This document shows positions 26,001 to 38,141 of a stretch of 64,000 nucleotides of DNA, piece by piece. The DNA is from Macrostomum lignano (Eukaryota). The notes under the pieces are model-generated. The model ran no database searches. It saw nothing but the letters and a program-made list of their open reading frames with translations, and had not been told where the DNA came from. The stretch covers positions 248,001 through 312,000 of the forward strand of contig NIVC01000254.1 in the NCBI GenBank assembly GCA_002269645.1. The letters are read 5' to 3'. A program made the position numbers and the translations under genes. Within the stretch, counting starts at the first letter, position 1. Every line of letters begins with the position of its first letter.

Positions 26001-27479
26001 CCGTCTAATCCTACTGATCGACGCCGAACTTTGAATCTAACTGATCACATTCCGAGGCCAGTCACCCGCGAGGAGCTCCAGACCCTTTCAGCGTGCTGAC
26101 TCTGCCATCTCTATGGTGATCAACCTTATCGAAAGTCGACAACCCAAGCCGCCGCTGAATCAGCGATTGAATATGACGAGAGATGAGCGAAATTTGCTAG
26201 CGTTCTACGAGCAGCTCGAAGTTCGAGACGACGGACTACTAGTGATTCATCTCGACGATGTTGGCGAGGAGGAGATAGCGCGAATTGTCTTGCCGAAAAG
26301 TCTCGACGCCACGGTGTTTGCCGACCTGCATGGCTCGCCGTACTGCGGACACATGGGCCGAGACCTCACCATTGCAAAAGTGCGCGAAAGATTCTGGCGA
26401 CCTGCCCTAGCTAAAGCAGTGTCCGACTACGTCGCTTCCTGCCAGACTTGCACGCAGAGCAAAGGGCGACGACGAATTCCGGCGCATGTACAATCGTTTC
26501 CGGTATGTGAAATCTATGGGCGATGTGCGATCGACATCTTAGGCCCCACTGGAGATCCTACTGACCGAGGAAACAAGTACATCTTGACCTACGTTGATAC
26601 AACGTCGAAATACCCCTTCGCCTTCGCCATGAAAAATCAGCGGGCCAAGACGATCATAACTCTCCTGCAGGAACAGGTCTTCCCGATCACTGGAATCCCG
26701 GCGTGGATTCACTCCGATCAAGGAAAGCAGTTCACAGGGCATGAGTTCCGACATTTCTGCGAAGTCTATGGCATACGACAGACTACGACACCGCCATATT
26801 CGCCCTGGGCTAATGGATAAGCCGAGTCGTGTAACAAGAATATCAAGAAGGTGCTCACTTGTCTCCTAGAAGACCACCAGCAATGGGACAAGATGCTGCC
26901 AGCCGCTTTGACTGCACTACGATCAGCCGTCAATCGTACTACTGGTTTCTCGCCGCACTATGTCGTCTACGGAGTGCCCTATCGATACCCTATCGACAAC
27001 ACCCTAGACCACTTGGATGTATCAGCTGACCTCCCAGAATACATCGCGAAGCATCAGCGCCGACTGGCCGAGACTGAGCGCATTGTACGACAACGCCTGC
27101 GAGCTGAGATCCAACGCCGTGAAGAATATTATGAAAATCGACCTAAGCCCGTGGAATTGCATCCCGGCGACCTTGTCTGCCTGGCCAACTCGAAGCTTGA
27201 ACTGGGAGAGCTGCCTAAATTCCACCGGCCCTACAAAAGCATGTACAAGGTCGTTAGGAAAGTCGGAGAAGTGGCGTACTGGATCAGACCGGCGACAGCC
27301 CGCCGAGGACGCCCGGCTGAAATGTTGGTACATCGCAACAACATCATCAAGGTACCGCAGATGATGGCCGACCGACCACAGGAGCCGCCGCGCCAGACTA
27401 AGAGGCCAATGCTGCCCTATGAGTCGAGTGACGACAGCGAAGCCGACTCCGCCGATCAGCACGCGCAAGTACAGCCAGC
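22960..27479 (+). pseudogene. pol: pol (protease-RT-RNase H-integrase), disrupted
   Basis: LLDTGS protease, YLDD RT, DTDAS and TDH RNase H, H..GH...C..C and D,D35E integrase. Stops at 23317 and 26818; frameshifts near 24669 and 26087. Confidence 0.95.
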
Positions 27480-27879
27480 CAGGGGCGTAGCCAGAGGGGG
27501 GGGCAAGGGAGGCCGTGGCCCCCCCAATCACCAACTCTGGCCTTGGCGCCCCCCCCCCTAAAAGAAACTGGCGCCCCCCCCCCTAAAAGAAACTGGCGCC
27601 CCCCCTAAAAGAAACTGGCGCCCCCCCCCCCTAAAAGAAACTGCCCCCCCTAAAAGAAACTGGCGCCCCCCCCTCTAAAAGAAACTGGCACCCCCCCCCT
27701 AAAAGAAACTGGCGCCCCCCCCTATAAGAAACTGGCGCCCCCCCCTAAAAGAAACTGGCGCCCCCCCCCCCTATAAGAAACTGGCGCTCCCCCCTAAAAG
27801 AAACTGGCGCCCCCCTATAAGAAGCTGGCGCCCCCTAACTCACGGCCCCCCCTAATCAAAATTCCTGGCTACGCCACAG
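27480..27879. mobile_element. MITE of about 400 bp (hAT-like TIR) containing a C-rich 21-24-bp tandem repeat
   Basis: TIR CAGGGGCGTAGCCAG / CTGGCTACGCCACAG; internal (C)n TAAAAGAAACTGGCG units; the TSD is imperfect. Confidence 0.75.
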
Positions 27880-28153
27880 CTCAGCCCGACCTGCGGGGCA
27901 GCCAGCTGATCGAGCCAAGTTTGCGTCATCCGGAAGTGCTTGCTGAAGGCGACCCGGACCTGCCTGATGTCGGCCTGGAAGTGGAACTCTAAGGTAATTA
28001 CCAGCGAATTTTTCTGTTGCGCCTAATAGATAAATTAACGTTGCGCATTACTATTAGTAGTCCCGTTTGCGAACGCGTTCTGAATTAAATTTCGCTGTAA
28101 GCTTTCTCTGCACCCGTTCTGTGCTGAAAGCAGATTTCAATTTTTCGTTAAAA

Positions 28154-28690
28154 TTTTCTGTACTTTCCTTATGCTTGAGGGCAAAAGCAACTAATTTTCT
28201 GTAGTTTCCTTATGCTTGAGGGCAAAAGCAACTAATTTTCTGTACTTTCCTTATGCTTGAGGGCAAAAGCAACTAATTTTCTGTAGTTTCCTTATGCTTG
28301 AGGGCAAAAGCAACTAATTTTCTGTACTTTCCTTATGCTTGAGGGCAAAAGCAACTAATTTTCTGTACTTTCCTTATGCTTGAGGGCAAAAGCAACTAAT
28401 TTTCTGTAGTTTCCTTATGCTTGAGGGCAAAAGCAACTAATTTTCTGTAGTTTCCTTATGCTTGAGGGCAAAAGCAACTAATTTTCTGTACTTTCCTTAT
28501 GCTTGAGGGCAAAAGCAACTAATTTTCTGTACTTTCCTTATGCTTGAGGGCAAAAGCAACTAATTTTCTGTAGTTTCCTTATGCTTGAGGGCAAAAGCAA
28601 CTAATTTTCTGTACTTTCCTTATGCTTGAGGGCAAAAGCAACTAATTTTCTGTACTTTCCTTATGCTTGAGGGCAAAAGCAACTAATTTT
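28154..28690 (+). repeat. 41-bp minisatellite (TTTTCTGTACTTTCCTTATGCTTGAGGGCAAAAGCAACTAA), about 13 copies
   Basis: Period of 41 seen (28171 to 28212). Confidence 0.95.
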
Positions 28691-29758
28691 TCAATTTCTG
28701 CTCCTTACGCTTTCTGGTCAAAAGCATTTGTAAACTTGGTGCTCATGCTCAATTTCGAGCGCATATTTATCCAATGCGACCTGCACCTCTGCGTCTGATA
28801 TTTAGCCTTAGGCTTAATGGTAAAAGCCTTGCACCAACGCGACATTATTCATCCGCATCATCGCTCCCCTGCGTCTTAATAGTCTGCGAACCCCCAATCA
28901 ATTGTAAAATTTCCTAGCACCCGGTCAAAGTGCAGAAAGTCTCTCTTTCTTGCCTTATGCTTTCAGGAGAAAAGCATGCCTGAATTGTGAGCCTGTCAGT
29001 CTTAAACATGAACGGCAAGTGTGTACTTCTGCCATTTTTTATTCGGAAATTTTGCCCCGTTTGGGACAAGCACCCCTAACTCGAGGTCTTGTCTCCAGCG
29101 GAAGGCACCTGAGGAGAATCTCTCCCCCATATGTTTATTCTTTGCATTGTTCGTGCCAGCTAGGCCTGGGAAATTTTGTTAGAGCCCCTCATTTCGGCTC
29201 GGTTTCCAGTATTTTCTTTTGCTCTTTTGTTGTAACTCAATATGGAGATCCCCGTACGATAACCTGTTCAGTGGTCACTACGCTATTCATTACGGTTATA
29301 ATTACTGTTATAATTTTAGTCAGAAGGAGCTGGCTAGCCTCTCACTATTTTATCAGTTTTATCATTTTAACTAATGTTTGCGAGGCTCCCTTTTTTTCAA
29401 ACGCTTACCCCTTTTCAATGTAAGCTGTTTAAGGCGCCCCTTTTAATCAATAAGGCACTGCCGCCTTCAGTTAAGGTAGGAGGTTTTGGACCCCTCCTCG
29501 CGGCCAAATTTTATTGCTCTCTTTTCACTCACCCACCTCACCTCTGTTGTGTGCCTCGTTAGAGTGCATGGGGGGTGACGGACCCACATCATCGGAAGGA
29601 CAAACCCTGTCCATCGGATGCGTGGTTAGCAATATATATTTGAGGCCCCAACTCTCCTGCTCTGTTTTTCAATTTTGGTTTTGCGACTCTGCGCCTTTGT
29701 CAGCAATTAACAAGCTATTCTATCGACAACTTTCCGGCAACAATGTATAACGGCCATT

Positions 29759-32700
29759 CAGGGTGTCCGCGACCTGGAAAAACCTGGAAAAACCTGGAAA
29801 AACCTGGAAATGCAAAAAAACCTGGAAAAACCTGGAAGCGCCCCAAAACAGAAGAAAAAACCTGGAAATACACCAATGTGGGAGGGGAAACCTGGAATTT
29901 ATCATTCTTCCTATGATCTGTGTAATGTGAAAGTGGAAATAGACTATAATTTAGTAATGCATGCCATTATGCTATATGATGTGATAGAAACTTTGTTGTT
30001 AAAAAATGCTGCTACCATGTCATAGTATCTTACAAATACAACCTCTCCTGTATAGTTATATTCTTATTAAATTGTATATTTATAGCAAAGTATTTTATTC
30101 TATACTTTTAATTTTGTTCTTTAGTTAGTATAATACAAGAAATAAATAATCTAGATTTAATCAATCTACAAGACCCTATAACTGTAATGTCTTGACATTT
30201 GTTCAGATCGATAAATTTAGTAGAAGCAGTTCATATTATGTAATGAAGACAGTTTGTTTTATATAGTGTAGAGAATTGTATGAGGTTTACTTGAACCTGG
30301 TGTTCTACGATCTACTAGCTTTCCTGAATTTTTCTTCTAGCACTGAGCACTGCGCTATCACAGTCCTGATTATGTCAAGGTTCTTGGATGCTTGGCTGAA
30401 TGCCAACTGTTTTCCACAATATGCAACCTTTTTAAAGAAGGCACCAGGGGATTCAGCTGCTGCTTTTTGTGCTGTCTGCAACAAAAAATTCAAGCTGAGC
30501 AACATGGGCAAAGCTGCAATTGATAGCCACATGCGCCAGTCAACACATGTAAAGAATGCCACTGCTGTGAGTTCCCAGTACAGTGTTCGTGCAATGCTGT
30601 CATCATCTCAGCAGCAGTCACAGAAGCCCAAGGATGGTATCAGTGACACTGTGGAGCCATCTACAGCAACAGTTACGGTTCAAGAACAACTAGTAGCACT
30701 TCAGCAACCACAGCAATCTACTGTCCTTAAGTTGAACTACTTCACTAGGGAGGCTGTCCTGAAGGCTGAAGTCACGTGGGCATTGTTTTGTGTTGAAAAA
30801 AACTACAGCATGCGTTCGGCTGATGGGCTGCCTGAAACATTTCAAGATATGTTTCCTGATAGTGAAATTGCTAAGCACTTTTCATTGGGCCGAGACAAGG
30901 TATGTAATTGTTATGTATTTTGTGTAATTATTTTTAACCTAGTTAAAAATTAATGCAACATTAAAGTTAAAAACCCTACTCTACATCCATTCCAACAGAT
31001 TGGCTACATGCTGAAATTTGGACTCGCTCCATTCTTCGAGCAAGAGCTGCGCCAGAACCTGGCTGCCTGTACCGACATCGTGGTTTGCTATGATGAGGCT
31101 CTAAACAAGATTACACAAAAGAGTCAGATGGACGTTCATGTTCGATTCTGGGATAACAAACGCCATCAGGTTCAATCCCAGTATCTTGGATCTGCTTTTT
31201 TAGGCTCGACCAAGGCGGAAAACCTGCTTGAAGCACTCGAGTCCGTCTTAAAAAACCTGCCACTTTCATCCGTACTACAAGTATCAATGGACGGTCCAAA
31301 TGTAAATTTAAAGACTCTACGACTGCTGAAAGGCAAAATTTCTGCTATTCCTGAAAGCCCGGTTCCTGTTGAAGCTGGGACATGCGGCTTGCATACCGTC
31401 AGCCGAGCTTTTCAGTGCGGCCATGCTGCAACTTCATGGGAGCTCAACAGATTTTTGCGGAGCTTATACCGGCTTCTTAAGGACTGTCCAGCACGTCGAG
31501 CTGAGTACATTTCTCTCACGAAAGCTAACGACACCCAATTTCCACTGAAGTTTTGCCTTGTCCGCTGGCTAGAGAATTCTCCTGTGGCTTCACGAGCAAT
31601 CGCCATTCTGCCTAACCTTAAGATGTGGCTCCGGAAAGCAGCGGTGAGAAAAACATTTTTTGTATATCTTAATTATCCACAGTAGCCAAAACATATGTAT
31701 GTTTAAACAGAATCGGAGCTGTCAAAACGTTGCGCTTTAAATTTAAGGTCAAAGGCGAAGGAAGTCAACTGATGGGCGAAATTCGCGATGCGTGCAAGGA
31801 TCCGCTTCTTTCAGCTAAGCTTCAGTTCTTCCGCAGTGTTTCGCTGCTTCTTGAGCCATTCTTACTCGAATTTCAGACAAAGAAGCCGATGTTTGTCTTT
31901 CTCTATGAGAAGCTGAGCGTCATCGTTCTTACTGTTGGTCGCCTTTTTTTGAAGCCTGAGGTAAGTAGGTAATTCAATGCAGCCGACTGACTTCAACTGT
32001 AGTTCCATAGTATATATATTGTCTTATTATTTTACGCAACAGATTGTCACCAAGGCTTCCGTGTCGGATCTGGCGAATTTGGAACTGGATAAGGCTGCTT
32101 TGCCAGCAAAGTTAATTGACATTGGATTCGCCGCACGAAAAGAATTGGGTGTCGCTCTTGCTGAGAAGACGATTTCAGAGCAGGACAAACTGAAATTCCT
32201 TTCGGAATGCAAGCAGTTCTACTGCAAATTGATTGAAAAACTTCTAGAGAAGTCGCCTCTTCGATATCCAATTGTTCGCGGAGCTAGCTCTCTCTCGCCA
32301 ACACTCATTTGCAGCTCTCCAGAAGTCAGCCAACAGCGCTTTCGGATGCTACTTACGGACCTCATGGAGTGTCATCGACTATCTGCAGATGGGTGCGACC
32401 TTGCTCAACGCAGTTTTGGGACTTTTGTGGAGAGTCCAGAGGTTCAGAGAACAATGGCCGCATTTAATGCCGCGAGTGAGCGAGTAGACACGCTCTACTG
32501 GAACCTGCTTGCTGGTGCAGAAGCCACTGCAAGTGTGCTTCACGGCTTGCAGCTAGCAGCCAGAGATGCGCTCTGGAAGCCGATAAGCATGGTCTTGATA
32601 ATGTCGCATGGCAATGCCACTGTTGAAAGTGGATTTTCTGTGAACAAGGACTTGCTGGTGCCTAACCTCCTGCAGGATTCTTTGGTGTCCCTGCGCCAAG

Positions 32701-33340
32701 TCCAGGATGCTATAACAGTAGCTGGTGGCCGCAAGAACATCTTACTCTCCAAAAATCTCCTATCTAGTGTCAGAATGGCCAGGCAGCGTTACCGTGATGC
32801 CTTGGAGGAAAAACGAGACGAGGAGAAATCGAACACAGCGGTCACCGTATCCCAGAAGAGAAAAGCGACTGACGAGATTTTCCGAATCGAACAGGAGCTC
32901 GAAGCTAAGCGACGTGCTCTGTTGGCTGAAGAGACAGAGGCGCTTGCTCGTGTCGAGGAGTTGCGCAAAAGGCTCGCCTAAGTACATTTGTTAACTGACG
33001 ACAGTTAGTTACAAGTACTTAAAAAGCTCATAATTATTTGCTGAACATTGGCGGAGCGTTTACTGTCATGCATATTTTGCTTTATTTTCACTTCCATAAA
33101 TGTCCCATTTTATGTTCTATTTTACGAGTTTCAGTTTCGTTCAATGTTAGTCTTGTAGTTTTAATGGACGGCTCATTGACAATAGACTGTATATTTTACC
33201 CATTTTTTACTTTCCATTTCATTTTTCACGTTTCATTTTATAAAGCTTCACCAGGTAGCAACCTGGAGCTTTACTTATTTGAACCTGGAAAAACCTGGAA
33301 AAACCTGGAAATTAATATTGAATTTCGCGCGGACACCCTG
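29759..33340 (+). mobile_element. hAT-superfamily-like DNA transposon, apparently complete
   Basis: Perfect 13-bp TIR CAGGGTGTCCGCG; 7-bp TSD GGCCATT (29752-29758 and 33341-33347); ACCTGGAAAA subterminal repeats. Confidence 0.92.
30372..32981 (+). CDS. Transposase, 4 exons: 30372-30899, 30999-31643, 31748-31960, 32043-32981 (about 774 aa)
   Basis: BED-like FCAVC...H...H; DEA, SMDGPNVN, CGLH, VRWLEN and HGNATVESGFSVNK. Exons join in frame; the exon 3 acceptor (tttaag) is inferred. Confidence 0.82.
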
Positions 33341-33352
33341 GGCCATTAGAAT

Positions 33353-34111
33353 ATGGAGATCGACGATCCGATTGAGCGACTTTTCGCGGTGGATCAGCCA
33401 AGGGTCGAGCTCGTCGGACTGCCTGCGGCGCCTCAACCTTTCGTTCCGCCGAACAGCCCGGACCACTGGCCTGAGGGATTCTTGGCCGACGTGTATGCGG
33501 CCCAAGCGGACCCCTTGCAGGACGCAATCCGCTTCGTTGAAGTACATCGGCCACCGTCGCCCCCGCCACAGCCGCAGCCAGCCCAATGGTCCAGCGGGTC
33601 CAGCGGCACACCATCGGCGCCGTGGTCGGCGGAACACCGACCCACGGTGGAGGGCGCCCAGCAGCTCGCCGAGTGGCTCCTCTAGGAGCTGGACACAGAT
33701 GGCCGCCAGCATTCTAGTGACTGCTGCACCTGGAGAGCGCTAGCGCAACAGCACGGCCAGGCCACCGCGTCCAGGGCCATCCTAATGGTGGCGGAGCTGC
33801 TGAGCGCGCGCCTCCCGCACGAGACGGCAGGCGCCCAACTGGGCCTCGTCGAATCGATGATGCATCTCGGCGCGGAATACGCGGCCGCCCTGGGCCGAGG
33901 CGTCCCGCCGGTGTTCCTAAATCTTTGTTGCCAGGGCCGACTCGCCGACTCGCCGCGCCGCCGTACGAGAAGCTGCCGCCGCTGCCCAGGCCGACGCCGC
34001 CGCCGCCCAGACCGACGCTGCGACTGCCCGACCGCCACCTACTCGCCGAGGCCGCGGCTCCGGCAGAGGACGTCAACAGTAGCAGCCGGGAGACTGCTAG
34101 TTTTATTTTAG
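33353..34111 (+). pseudogene. Extra ORF in the 3' internal region of element A, with an in-frame TAG at 33683-33685
   Basis: ORFs 33353-33685 and 33785-34111 share a frame; GC-rich; no recognised domain. Confidence 0.4.
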
Positions 34112-34130
34112 CGCACGGCGCCCCGGCGCC

Positions 34131-35158
34131 TGTGGTAGGGCGCACTACCACGTTTGGAACAGGTGACCTCACCGTAATGACTCTCGCGTTCTGTCTCACC
34201 CGATGCGCCGTCCCATGTCTCATCCCTCGCCCCATCTTTTGCCGTCGCGCGTAATTTTTTGTTATTCTCATTCCCGGCTTTGTTGTCGTCCGATGCCCCA
34301 TCCTTCGTCCCATCTCCTGCCCCATCCTTCGCCTTCCTGCCCCATCTGCTGCCCCATCCCCGTCCGGACGACATCGCCCCCACTATTTATTAAGGCCATT
34401 TCAGGCCGCAAGTTTTCATTCCTTTCCCCTGCCTCCTACTTGTTCGTTTGTCCGTTTTCCGTTTCCGTTCCGCTTCGTGTACCCTCGTGTACTCGTCTGT
34501 TTAGTGTTTAGTTTCTTTTGTGCTCAAAGTTAAATTAGTACTTGTTTAGTCTCGATCTACTAGTTTGTTTAGTTAGTCGTTCGCACCCGGCACCGGCCGA
34601 GGATCAATCGTCTGAATTCAACTTTATTTTGCCAATTTACGCCTGCTAATACAACATCAATAAATAATATTAATTAACTAATAATTAAGTCTGTCCCGTT
34701 AACGAAGCCCATAATAGTTTATCTTGAGTTATTTGCCCGTGATGCGTTAAACAACCGAATCGATCTCAACTCTAAGCGAGCTCTGAGATCCCAACGTTCC
34801 GTAATACGGATTAAATTACGGTGGTGGCAGCGCTACTCTACTGACAGTAATCAGTACGACAATTCAAAAGCAGATTTACGGTGTCTAGACCAATTGAGTC
34901 TACGGATCTGAACGACCGGGCCGCTATACGACCGCTCCGCTACGATTACAACTACCCTCCCCCCCGGACTTGAGGACCCGGCAGTCGGAGTATTTGGAGA
35001 AAACTTCGTTGAGTTTCGTCTGCGCGACATTTCCGGATTTAACTCGTGCGAACTCAACATCGGCGGAAATTCAAACGCGGAATCCGCCCAACTCATTGGT
35101 GACAGCGAATCAAGTTCAAACCGAGTAATCAACCAAATTACTTTCTCCTCCCACCTCA
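34131..35158 (+). repeat. 3' LTR of element A (1028 bp)
   Basis: Near-identical to 20571-21600; followed by TSD GTTT. Confidence 0.96.
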
Positions 35159-36473
35159 GTTTTGAGGTTTTTCAGAGGTTTCATTTCAAAAAAATATTTT
35201 TGCACAAAAGTTTCAATACTGTACAAAAATTGAAATCTTACTGAAATTTACTAATGAATACAAATTTTCTTTAGAAAATAGCTCGGAGGTTTCGGATTAT
35301 TTTTAATTTTTCTTCTGATAGGCACGCGCGGAAATTATTTAACTTAGGCAACTATTTTATGCTTAATTAAGAAGTGGTTTTTTAAAAACACTACACGCAA
35401 CACAACACACTGGTAATGTCATCGTTGCCATTGGCATTTACACTCAAGGTGCAAAAACAAAATAAAAAATATTCGACTTGAAGGCGCTGCTTGAAATAAA
35501 CTGAAAACATATAGACAGCTGTTTCATCCATTTCCTGTTTTTACTTTTGAGTGCTGCATACCATTTTGCATTCGAATTATGTAATGACATTGACGACCTG
35601 CATGCATACTGCCTCAGAGAAGTAAATAGAAGAATTATTCTTGTCTCAATGTTTTTTTTTATAAATATATGATTTTTATATGTAGAGATGATGGACTAGA
35701 ATTACAAGTATGCATTTTTATTACTCAAAGCAGAGCATTTAACTTTTAATCATAAAATTTATTTTAATTACTAAAATCTATTAGCTTTTCTCTCAAAAAA
35801 TAACACTAGTTGCACAACTGCTACTGCTGACAAAAGCTCGAACACCTTAGATTTAGTTCTTATACAAAGAAAATGCTTGTGGTAAGACTTTGTACATGTA
35901 TTGCACCACCTTTGTTTGATGCTAAAAATCTATGTTGAGCAATAAGCTAGATAGCCGATACCAATATTTTTACTAGAGTTAAAACTAAAAAGTCATTGGA
36001 CACATTTTTGACATTGTTTATTTAAAAATATTATAATTTCTTCAATATAAATGTATTATTGGCATCTTTAAAGATTGCAAGAACAAATGTATAGGAAAAT
36101 CATTATGTTTATTGACTTTTGAAATTGATTGTTTATGAAAAGTTATAGATAAAAGTAATCATAATCAATACCTTTTATTTCAACATACTTTGTTTCAGCT
36201 GCCAATACCATGCCTGAACTACCGCTTGCCTGGTCTCCTGTCTGCATTCTGAGCCTGTACAGGCCAACAATGCTTCATGTTTGTCTAATCTAATAACAGG
36301 CATTATGGCATTCCATGTCCTATACCCACTTATGTTGCGTCTCAGTGCAACCTAGCTCGCCACCCTTAGAGCTTTGGCAGGCTGGTTGCTTTTGTGGTGG
36401 CAATTGGTTTGGTTGTCAGCATACAGAAGATGGCTGTGCTCTAGCTACTAACCAGATGACATCAAACGACAGC

Positions 36474-37058
36474 CTAGGGGCCCGCTAGTCTTGAATAAGA
36501 GACCAGTCTGTCAAAGAAGTCAGACATTTGCTCATTATGAGATTGGGCGGCAGCAACTAATTCTACGTAGGCCTTGTCCTTCTTCTTGGCATCGGTGTAC
36601 CTTTCCCTGAGCAACCGAAGCGCAGATTCGAAAGGCAACTGGTCACACCGGTAATTAAGATATACCTCTTGGCATTCGGCTGACAGTAAAGATACGATAA
36701 TGGCGGATTTCTGGTCCTCAGGAACGCGGCAAGTGGCTAGATACGAAGTAAGCTGAGCTTCCCACGTATCAAAGTTCATCTTCGGCTGGTAAGCTATTGG
36801 AGGGCGAAGGCGTATGTCTGGCTTCGCAGGCGGCGAGGAATTTGGCGCTGACGGCGAGGAAACGGCGAGATGCTCTTCGAGCATCCGGTGAAGAGAGGCT
36901 AAGGTTTGAGTCAGCAAGAGTTGCTCACTAGGAGCTGGCGCGGCGGCAGCAGCTGCGCCTGCTGGCTGCTCGCCGGCATCGACTGCGTCCTGATCTGGCA
37001 CGACGGCATCTCCGTCAGCCAATGACGCTGCAGCGTGGTTGTCCCCGTTGTCGGACAT
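36474..37058 (-). pseudogene. gag: Gypsy-type gag fragment
   Basis: FDTWEAQL..YL and AAAQSHNEQMSDFFDRL capsid-like motifs; decays with stops below 36474. Confidence 0.65.
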
Positions 37059-37534
37059 TGTGCAAGATTGAGTGAGACGGATGAACCAAGCGTGAACGAA
37101 AATAAGGTTCCAGAGAAAACGAATTGAGGTTGATGACGCGAGAGAGACGAGAGAGATTGCGTCCTACTAACAAAAATACGTGCCTGACAGGGGCAAACCA
37201 CAAAAAGCCTATAATAGGGGGAAGTCCTATCACGCAAACCACCCAGACTAACTGTCAGGCAATAGTCCCTACAAACAATTAGCGCACAGCGTAACCTGGC
37301 GTGGCTTGGCACACGCAGCGGAGCTATTTTGGCAGAGCGTAAGCTCGAGCTCAACGCAGTTGACAGCGCGCGTTGCTCAGGGCGACGACGAGCGCTGACT
37401 AGCGACGACAGCCCCTGACGTGGCACAGGCTCTCGCAGCCTTGCGGACCGATCCTCAGGCGTGGCACAGGCTCTCGCAGCCTTGCGGACCGATACGGATA
37501 TACGATACGATACGATACGGAGTCGCAAAACCGC

Positions 37535-37814
37535 ATCCTCGGATCCCCACATGCCCCGGAACCCACTTAAGGGTAATTTTGTTGGCGGAACCCAACACGT
37601 TGAGGAGTTTGATACAGTCGAGGACTGTAGCAGAGTTGGTGCTGCAGCCACTGATGGCGTGCAAGGCAGCTTGGCTGTCCGGATGGAAAATGATGTTCTT
37701 ACCAGTAACGCCAGTGGCGAGAAGCTCTGCAGTGCAGGAGCTGATGGCCAGAACTTCATTTTGGAAAACACTGGAGTTGACCCCAGTGTATTGAGCGTGG
37801 GTAGCGATGACCAA
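37535..37814 (-). pseudogene. RNase H fragment of a non-LTR retrotransposon
   Basis: SVFQNEVLAI...DSQAALHAI...V.DC..LL..L...N.ITLKWVPGHVGIRG. Confidence 0.8.
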
Positions 37815-38141
37815 CTTATTTAGGCGTCCTTTGTTTTACTCTATTAGTGGGCCGACGCCCCCATCATGGCTATAGGCATTTAGTAGGGCGTCAGTCCGCA
37901 TTTCGAACAGCAAACTCGCCTACTTAACATTGCCGTGTTTTGCATTCAATCAGGTCAGCCGGTATTAATCCGACACTAACGCATTTTATGCTTATCCTTC
38001 AGGTACAATCTCTACCATCTTCATGCTGCCTAAACTCAAATTAACGCCGAAGTTTATATTTTGTTAAAGTACAATTTAACTTGTTTGTTTTAAATAAAGC
38101 GGCTACGCTTCCACTCCGCCTCATCATTTGAACGGGGAGAG

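Larger units (their letters stand above)
20571..35158 (+). mobile_element. Full-length Ty3/Gypsy LTR retrotransposon (element A), disabled, with nested insertions
   Basis: Direct LTRs TGTGGT...ACCTCA; 4-bp TSD GTTT (20567-20570 and 35159-35162); PBS; gag followed by PR-RT-RH-IN domain order. Confidence 0.96.

Noticed and set aside
7552-28690. CRISPR-like arrays
   Set aside because: The units are contiguous with no unique spacers, there are no cas genes, and the context is eukaryotic.
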